DNA from: a virus
DNA length: 64,000 bases
IMG/VR virus record: IMGVR_UViG_3300010396_000002
Location: 1-64,000 of that record
Reading direction: 5' to 3' (one strand)
The stretch's first letter is position 1. Each line of letters begins with the position of its first letter. Positions 57,565 to 64,000 of the stretch are shown in pieces. Made by a program: the position numbers and the translations under genes. The notes under the pieces were generated by a model. That model was not told where the DNA came from. It was given only the letters and a program-made list of their open reading frames with translations, and searched no databases.

Positions 57565-58288
57565 CGGACGGTGGGGCCCCTGAGCCAGGTCCCTGCCCGC
57601 CCTGTCCAGGCGGCTGCGGGACGGGGAGGCCGTGCTTCTGCGCCATGTGGGCCAGGAGCTTCGCTGTCGCCTCCGGTCCAAGGGCCTCCCGGACGCCGGC
57701 CAGGAACACCTCGGACTGGTGCCGGAGCACTTCGGCCTCGGTCACGGAGGGCGGCGGAGCTCCGGGGATGCCGGCCCAGTCGTCTGGGTAGTGCCGCTCG
57801 AGTTGGCGCCGCATCTCGGCCGCGCTGCCCTTCGATAGCTGCTGGAGCATGATGGCCCAGAGGTTGTGGCGGGTCGAATCGACATGCCTCCAGAACTCCA
57901 CAAACGCCTTGAACGGCTGCTTTGCCTTCACGGGGAAGCCGTCGTTCTTGTGGTCGGTGCCCTCCACGAACCAGAACGCCAAGGTCGCCAGGGGCACGCC
58001 TTGCTGCTGGAAGGCTGGATTGCGCTTCGCGCCTTGGATGAAGAGCGACGCCGCCTTGACCACCGCTTGGAAGTCCATGGTGAGCGGGTGGCCGACCTTG
58101 CCATCCTTGGCCTTGAAGGCGGCCTCTAGCTCGCCCCTGAAGTTCTCCTCGTGCTTCTTTTGGGCGGCAAGGATGCCCCTGAACTCCGCGTTGAGGGGAT
58201 CTTCGGGCTTGAACGGGTTCTCGAGGAAGTCTGACCAGTGCGGGTCGGCCTTTCGCTTGCGCTTGGTCTGGCGGGGCTTCTGGGGCAT
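57557..58288 (-). CDS. Putative terminase small subunit (HTH type)
   Basis: GHP...G...GVPLATLAFW..G...FVEFW..V...LERHYPDDW pattern recalled for TerS-like proteins; upstream of terL on same strand. Confidence 0.55.
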   Translation of the reverse strand: MPQKPRQTKRKRKADPHWSDFLENPFKPEDPLNAEFRGILAAQKKHEENFRGELEAAFKAKDGKVGHPLTMDFQAVVKAASLFIQGAKRNPAFQQQGVPLATLAFWFVEGTDHKNDGFPVKAKQPFKAFVEFWRHVDSTRHNLWAIMLQQLSKGSAAEMRRQLERHYPDDWAGIPGAPPPSVTEAEVLRHQSEVFLAGVREALGPEATAKLLAHMAQKHGLPVPQPPGQGGQGPGSGAPPSAV

Positions 58289-58313
58289 GGCTTCAGGAAT
58301 GCGGGTTTCGGGG

Positions 58314-60338
58314 CTATGTGGCACGCGCGCGCGGCTTCTCGGCCGAGTAGGCGTCTGCCAGGACGAGACGGGAGCGGCAGTTCGAGCAGGTGACCTTGGG
58401 GCGGTCGCGGGTGACGGTTCCGGCGTCGGCGATCCGGATCGCGGCTCGGCCGGAGCAGCACACCGGGAACCCCCGGGTAGCCACGACGATGCCGTGGGCG
58501 GCACTCCTCCACCGCAGGGGGCCGGCGTAGTGGGTTCTCGGGCCGGGCTTGGCCGGTGCGGGGGTCGGTTCGTCGGCGGTCCCCATGCGTTCGTGGAGTC
58601 GGCTGAGCTCGAGGTCGATGCGGGCGGGAGGGAGGCCGGCGGTGGCGAGCCAGTGCCGGAAGCCGTCTTCGGAGAAGAAGGTGAGGGAGGTGAGGCGGTC
58701 GTGGGCGGTGGAGGGGGGGAGGCCCTTGCGGATCTGCTCGGCGACGAGCTGGGCGCCGGAGGCGAAGGCTTCGCGCTCGTGTCGGGGGGTCCAGGTCACG
58801 GGGTCCTCGACGGGCAGGGCGGCCAGCCGCTCGGCCTTCGTGTTCATTGGTCGGCCCTCCGGCATCTGCACCAGTCGCACTCAGGCTCGACGTGATGGCA
58901 GCCGTGCACCTTGCCGGAGCGGAGGACACAGCCGGTGCAGCCCTGCGCGTAGGAGCACGGGGTGCCGCACCAGCCGCTCTCGTGAACGGCGGGACGGCCG
59001 CATGGGCAGACGTCCGCGGTCGAGCCCGTCGCCGTGAGCCGGAGAACGGCGGCAGGATCCTTCGCGCGGAGCTGCTCGCCGATCGAGGCGGACGTCGAGG
59101 GACGGTGCTGGAGCATGTCGTAGGTGACGAAGGCCCGGTCGACGGCCTCGCGGCGCATCATGAGGGCGGGGACGTCGACGATGCGGCGTCGGCTCATAGT
59201 TGCACCTGGAAGGCGTCGGCGAGCGGCCGGAAGCCTACCCGCTGGCTGAGCATGGCGACGAGCGCACGGCCGTCAGCGGCCAGCTTGACCGTCATGCGGG
59301 CCACGTCGTCAGGGCTCAGGTCGAGCCCGGAGAAGGCGACCGCCGTCATCGTCAGGAGCGAGCCCAGAGACAACAGCGACAGCCGAGGAGACACGCGAGG
59401 CTTGGGTGCGTCGTCCATGATCTACCTCTACCACGTAGGACCGATCGTTGAGTCACCACGCCCGAGCATCTCCTGTTCGCGACGCTTCTCGTCCGCTGCG
59501 ATGCCCTTCGCGATCTTGTCGAACATGATCTTGGCATAGTCGGGAAACGGCCCCGTCAGCGCATCGACGGGGAGGGAGAGCGACATGCGGCACGGCTTGA
59601 CCTCGGCCGCGTCCATCGGCGCGCGCTCAGGTTCTTGGCGCGGTTCGGGCTCCCACGGCACGACACGGACCGCGACGCACGGAACGCCGCCGGGAATCTG
59701 GCCGCGGTGCGCCAGCGACATCCGGCCCTCAACCCATCGTTCGCCGTCCCATTCGAGCGGAAGTGCTGCGCTCAAGAAGAGCTCGGTCACGCGCCAGACC
59801 CCGACGCGTCCTGGGATCTCCACCGGCTCCCGTGACCTCCCGGCCTCAGCCGCGCGGAAGCGACTTTCGGTCCATGTGCCCTTGCGCTTGGGCACGAAGA
59901 GAATCGGCTCGCGGAAGCCGATCCCCAGGTAGAACCCGTGCTCGTCGTAGTCCTTCACCGCTTCGAGCTTGCCGACGAGCACTTGCTCGACCATGATGTC
60001 TTCCGCAATCTGCTTGATCCAGTCGTTCATCGTGAGCCCTTGGTCTTGTCCACGACCTTGTGCTTGCCCGCGGCGACGTCGGCGGCGAGCTGCTCCAGCT
60101 TCTTGCGCTGCTTGTCAAAGCTCTTCTTCTTCGCCTCCACCATCTGGAGAACGCGGGCCCGCGCCGCTGCCTCGCCGCGGTGCCAGTCCTTCGGGGCAAG
60201 GCCCAGCGGGTTTGCTTGGCGCCCGCCGATCGGGAAGGCCGTGCTTCCAATGATCTCGACGCGCACCAACTCGATGCCGCGGGCGAGCGCGGACTTGGTC
60301 ACGTAGACGACGGCGATCTCTCGCTCGGCTGTGGGCAT
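58314..60338 (-). other. Five small hypothetical genes
   Basis: 58314-58847, 58844-59197, 59194-59418, 59428-60030, 60027-60338. Confidence 0.55.
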
Positions 60339-60378
60339 GCCCGTACTGTATGACAGAAGCTGTGCCGCTGTCACACAG
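60339..60378 (-). promoter_or_regulatory. Leaderless-type promoter overlapped by two operator-like boxes
   Basis: Boxes 60346-60356 and 60368-60378; GTGACA-N18-TACAGT-N6-ATG. Confidence 0.65.
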
Positions 60379-60380
60379 CG

Positions 60381-61729
60381 TCAGGCGTTCGACCACGAAC
60401 CGTTGCGCCACACGAGCGTCGAGGGCCACAGCGCGACGGCCCCCCGCTGCCCTGCTCTCGTCCGGTACTCGTCGATGGTCTCCCCTTCGTTTGGCTTGAG
60501 CAGCTTGAGCCTCCCGCTCTCGTGCAGGACGGCGATCTCGTGGAGTCCGAGCAGACCACCACCTCCAGGCCGGAACCAGCGATGCGGCGGCGTCTGCTCC
60601 TGCGTCCATCCGGCTCCGCGGAGCGCTGCTTCCAGATCGCCGCGCGTCATCTGGCGCCGGATCTCCATAGCCTGCTCGGGCGTCGTCTTGCCATCCAGCA
60701 TTGGAACGGCCGCCTGCGGCGCCTCGTCCTTGTACCCGGGCAGGCAGTCCACTCCCACGGTCGCGACCTTCGCCGGCCTCCAGACCAGCCCGCAGGCAAG
60801 GTTCTGGCAGGCATGGTCCTTATGGGCCTTCGTCGCGAACGCCCCGACGTCGACGTGCTTCGTCCTGCACAACGGGCACCAGAGCAGCATCGGGATCGGC
60901 GCCGCGTCGGTCTTGCGCATGGCGCGATTGAGCCGGTGCACCCAGGCAAACAGCGGCCCCCCGCCGAGGATCTCCAGCACGCGCGCTGCGAGGTCGGTCC
61001 TGCCATCTGCGTACCCGCGGTAGTACGGCTCTGCTTCCGGTGCTCGCTGGTCCGCCGCCTCGCACGCCTTCGTCACCTCGTTGAGGAGAGCCGCGGCCCC
61101 CTCAAGCTTGTGGGCCTCGTCTCCGCGTCGGTCAGCTCGGCGCGCACGGCCTCCTGGTACACGGCAAAGAAGCTGTAGGCCCTCGCGTCGTTCCCCTTCT
61201 GCCAGACCCGGTTCATCGCCGCGTCCACGGCCTTGCGCACGGCCTCGCTCGGCTCGACGGGCGCTGGCGCGGCCTCCTCCGCCGGGGGCTCCTCGTCGTC
61301 GAACCGCGTCAGCGGCCCCTCCAGCTCGAAGTTGGCGAGCTCGCCATCGTCTTGAACGCCCACCATGCGCGCCGTCCCCGTGCACTGCGCGCCGCTGTCC
61401 CGCCTCAGCCGGTACTCGACGTCATTGCCGACGCTTGGCGCGCTAGCTTCGGACGGCAGCGTGAAGCGGATGCGGCGCACCATGACGGCAGGCCCCGGGC
61501 CGGAGCCGCCGGGCACCACGCTGGTCTCGAGCTTCGTGATACGGGTCCGCAGGTGCCCGTCGAGTTCCAGCATCATGCCGGGCTTCGATGGCCCGCTAAT
61601 GCGTTCCCGCAGCGCCTCCACGGTGCGCCCCACACACTCCCTCCAGATGGGGCCCGTGCTCTCTTTCGTGAACTCGTCCCAGACCGCGAGCATGTCGCGC
61701 ACCAGATCATCAAGGCTCTTCTCGCCCAT
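60381..61729 (-). CDS. Hypothetical protein, probably one gene with a 1-nt frameshift near 61115
   Basis: One extra G joins ...DAETR to AHKLEG...; contains paralogous domain and CPLC...H...C...C module. Confidence 0.5.
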
Positions 61730-61806
61730 GGGCTGCTCCTCCACGGCGTCGTCCAGTCGCCGTGAGCCCGAGGCTACCACGAGAGGGGCATGGTAGGCTC
61801 ACGCGC

Positions 61807-62121
61807 ATGGACGACCCCTTCCGCGTGAGGCCACACGCGTGCATCGTGTACGCAGTGAAGCGACCGCGTGCCACTGGACGCTTCGATGCGCAGTACAACC
61901 TCGTACGCGAGGACGTGCTCACCTACGTGAGCGGCGGCGAGCTCTACGAGCAGGAGGCGGCATGGTTCCGTGAGCACGGCTCCGTCGAGCAACAGGAGGA
62001 GCAGCGGGCTCGGGCGGAATGGGAACGCGACGGCACCGCACCGCTGGCGCGCGGTCAGCGGGCTCGAGCCCGGAGACCTCCGGGTGCTGCTCGCCAAACC
62101 CTGGCTTCGCCTGCGCGCTGA
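61807..62121 (+). CDS. Hypothetical protein, 3' end uncertain
   Basis: TAGGCT-N7-ATG; codon quality drops near 62040. Confidence 0.35.
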   Translation: MDDPFRVRPHACIVYAVKRPRATGRFDAQYNLVREDVLTYVSGGELYEQEAAWFREHGSVEQQEEQRARAEWERDGTAPLARGQRARARRPPGAARQTLASPAR

Positions 62122-62191
62122 CGCACTTCGCAGGGTTCGAGGGGGACGACATCCGCGCCGTCCGCCTCGGGCTCGTCCCATGGGAGCGCGG

Positions 62192-63337
62192 CTAACTCTT
62201 CAGCGTCAGGGCCTCGACCGCCTGAGTAGCGTACCCAAGCGCTGCCACACGGTCCTCTTCGGCGATCACCCGCTTGTCGCCATCCTTGATGGGGGCGAAG
62301 ACCTCGAGCCCGAGCCGCAGACACCGGATCCCGATGTCTTCGGGCCGGCTGTTCTTGTCGGTCGCCCTGGTCGCCAGGAAGTCGAGGTTGCTCTGGAGGT
62401 AGAGCGCGCCGTCGATGTACCCGACCTCGCCGTAGGTCGTCACGGGAACCGAGAGGCAGTCGGCCGCCGCCACGGCCGTGTCCGGCGAGTCGAAGACCAT
62501 GACCAGGAAGTAGGAGGTCAGATCGCGCGTCGCAAACGCCTTCTTCAGGTTCACCTGCCGTTCGTTGGCCTTCTCCATCGCCGCGGAGAGCGCCATCGTG
62601 TCCTCGCCCTTCTTCAGGGCCTCGCCGGTCGCGCCAAACATCTGGTAGAGCGCGGTCGTGTCGAAGCCGATCGCCTTCTGCTTCACGCCGGGGCGCTTTA
62701 CCAGCGTGCCCAAGAGGGCCATGTCCCATCCGCCCTGGGACGCCGCGTTGTTGAGCGCGATCATGATCTCGATGTGCTTGTCCTCGTCGACGTCGATTAC
62801 CGAGACGTTGACCAGGTAGGCCCGCCCGCTCTTGCTCGTCTTGTCGAGCACCTTCATGCGCTGGTGCCCGGCCACCATGCCGAGCGGCTTGCCGTCGGTC
62901 CAGAGGCGCTTGTTCCAGACGATGGATGGCTCCACGAGCCCGTTCTCCACGATGCTGTCGGTCAGGAGCTGAAGGCCCTCGATGGAGATCCAGCGTGGGT
63001 TCTGCGCGTTCCCATCGCCGAGGATCCGACGATCCATCTCGACGATCTCATACCCTTTGTCGAGATGATGGTGCTGGACGTCCTCCGACCCGATCGCAGG
63101 GAGCACGGCCTTCTTCGTGACGCCGGCGCGCTGCACCGAGCACGTCTCCGCGCACGGAACCTTCGGCAGCGCCTTGCACTCCGGGCACTCGTCGGCAAGG
63201 GTCGGCTTCTTCTTCCGCCTGCCGCGTGGCGCCGGGCAGTTGACATGGCATTCGACGGTGGGCGCGCTGCCGCAGTTCGGGCACCCGTCCTTGATCGTCA
63301 GCTTCTTCCCCGTCGCCTTCGCGGACGTGTCGCCCAT
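62192..63337 (-). CDS. ParB-like nuclease domain protein with N-terminal Zn fingers
   Basis: QNPRWIS...L..SI.ENGLVEPSIVWN...MVAGHQR...ALNN...QGGWD; CPNC and CPEC modules. Confidence 0.85.
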   Translation of the reverse strand: MGDTSAKATGKKLTIKDGCPNCGSAPTVECHVNCPAPRGRRKKKPTLADECPECKALPKVPCAETCSVQRAGVTKKAVLPAIGSEDVQHHHLDKGYEIVEMDRRILGDGNAQNPRWISIEGLQLLTDSIVENGLVEPSIVWNKRLWTDGKPLGMVAGHQRMKVLDKTSKSGRAYLVNVSVIDVDEDKHIEIMIALNNAASQGGWDMALLGTLVKRPGVKQKAIGFDTTALYQMFGATGEALKKGEDTMALSAAMEKANERQVNLKKAFATRDLTSYFLVMVFDSPDTAVAAADCLSVPVTTYGEVGYIDGALYLQSNLDFLATRATDKNSRPEDIGIRCLRLGLEVFAPIKDGDKRVIAEEDRVAALGYATQAVEALTLKS

Positions 63338-63353
63338 GGCCGCGGAGCGTAGC

Positions 63354-64000
63354 CTACGCGGTGATCGAGTAGAAGCGACGCCGGGCCACGACGCTGAAGG
63401 CGAACGGGAAGTAGTGGCAGAGCTTCTCGAAGTCGCGGGGGAACGTGTCGTAGAGCCAGAGCAGGCTCGGCGTCGACAGGTCGATCCCCGTCGCATTGCG
63501 GCCGGAGCTCACCGGCATCGGGATGCCGTTGGCGGCAAGAAACGCCTCGACGTCGACGCGAAGCCACTTCTCGATCGGATGGAACACTTCCTGGTACTGG
63601 ACGGCCTTCAGGTTGCGGCGACGCCACATCGAGTCGGAGGCCTTCGCGCCGGTCAGCACGAGCGGGATGCCGGTATCCCCCAGGACGAGGTCGTAGCAGT
63701 CCCGGAGGGTCCACTCTGGAACCGCAGCCAGCACATCCTCCGATGCCGGCGGCCGATACACACCGTTGCGGATGAGGCGCGAGAGTAGCCAGTGGGGGTA
63801 CTGGAGCACCTTGAAGCCCCAGCGACGCTCGGCTTCCGCGAGCGCCGTGTCGACGCACTCGAGGTTTGGCACGAGGTACATGAAGAAGCCGACGACGTGC
63901 TCGAAGGTCCGCACGGCGAGCTGGGCGATGACCCGACTGTCCTTGCCGTCGCTGTAGCTCACCAGCGCCTGCGACTTGCCTGTGCGGGCGATGACGTGCT
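63354..64000 (-). CDS. PAPS-reductase-family (PP-loop) protein, 5' end beyond window
   Basis: VSYSDGKDS PP-loop; LTGAKASDSMWRR; HPIEKW. Confidence 0.85.
   Translation of the reverse strand, partial: HVIARTGKSQALVSYSDGKDSRVIAQLAVRTFEHVVGFFMYLVPNLECVDTALAEAERRWGFKVLQYPHWLLSRLIRNGVYRPPASEDVLAAVPEWTLRDCYDLVLGDTGIPLVLTGAKASDSMWRRRNLKAVQYQEVFHPIEKWLRVDVEAFLAANGIPMPVSSGRNATGIDLSTPSLLWLYDTFPRDFEKLCHYFPFAFSVVARRRFYSITA

Noticed and set aside
30700-62050. Programmed frameshifts at ~30705, ~55175, ~61115, ~62040 (and ~60)
   Set aside because: No slippery heptamers; most are 1-nt differences in short G/C runs, better explained as assembly indels
9-63957. Numerous long antisense/alternate-frame ORFs in the track (e.g. 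6528-8654 +, 51541-53208 +, 43183-44787 -)
   Set aside because: Arg/Pro/Ala-rich shadow frames typical of high-GC DNA, overlapping better-supported genes
1-64000. tRNA, integrase/att site, reverse transcriptase (DGR/retron)
   Set aside because: No cloverleaf, recombinase or YxDD RT motifs recognised by eye; lifestyle cannot be determined from this window

Overview
A 64 kb GC-rich segment of a large tailed (HK97-fold) phage or prophage. The host is probably a myxobacterium (inferred from Cys-rich lipoproteins, DAG-rich secreted proteins and an orphan receiver domain). The canonical late-gene order is intact on the minus strand: PAPS-reductase/ParB pair, putative TerS (~58 kb), TerL (~37 kb), portal (~8.8 kb), Dps/ParB protein, scaffold, major capsid, head-tail connector, Gly-rich virion protein. 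It is stretched by about 20 kb and 27 kb of mostly small accessory genes. Features read directly from the sequence: (i) 22 copies of an 11-bp operator-like box CTGT-N3-ACAG in nine clusters, helically phased, overlapping promoters and the start of an RHH protein; (ii) a complete 3238-bp IS1-family element with terminal repeats, 8-bp target duplication and passenger genes; (iii) a ~375-nt highly structured non-coding region behind a GIY-YIG nuclease gene; (iv) a Dps-like domain with an intact ferroxidase signature inside the head module; (v) three dispersed paralogues of one possibly tail-tube-derived domain; (vi) a palindromic in-frame insert in a membrane-protein gene; (vii) many apparently leaderless genes. 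Several single-base frameshifts suggest assembly indels. I saw no tRNA, rRNA, CRISPR array, integrase or reverse transcriptase. All product calls come from motif recognition, not database searches.
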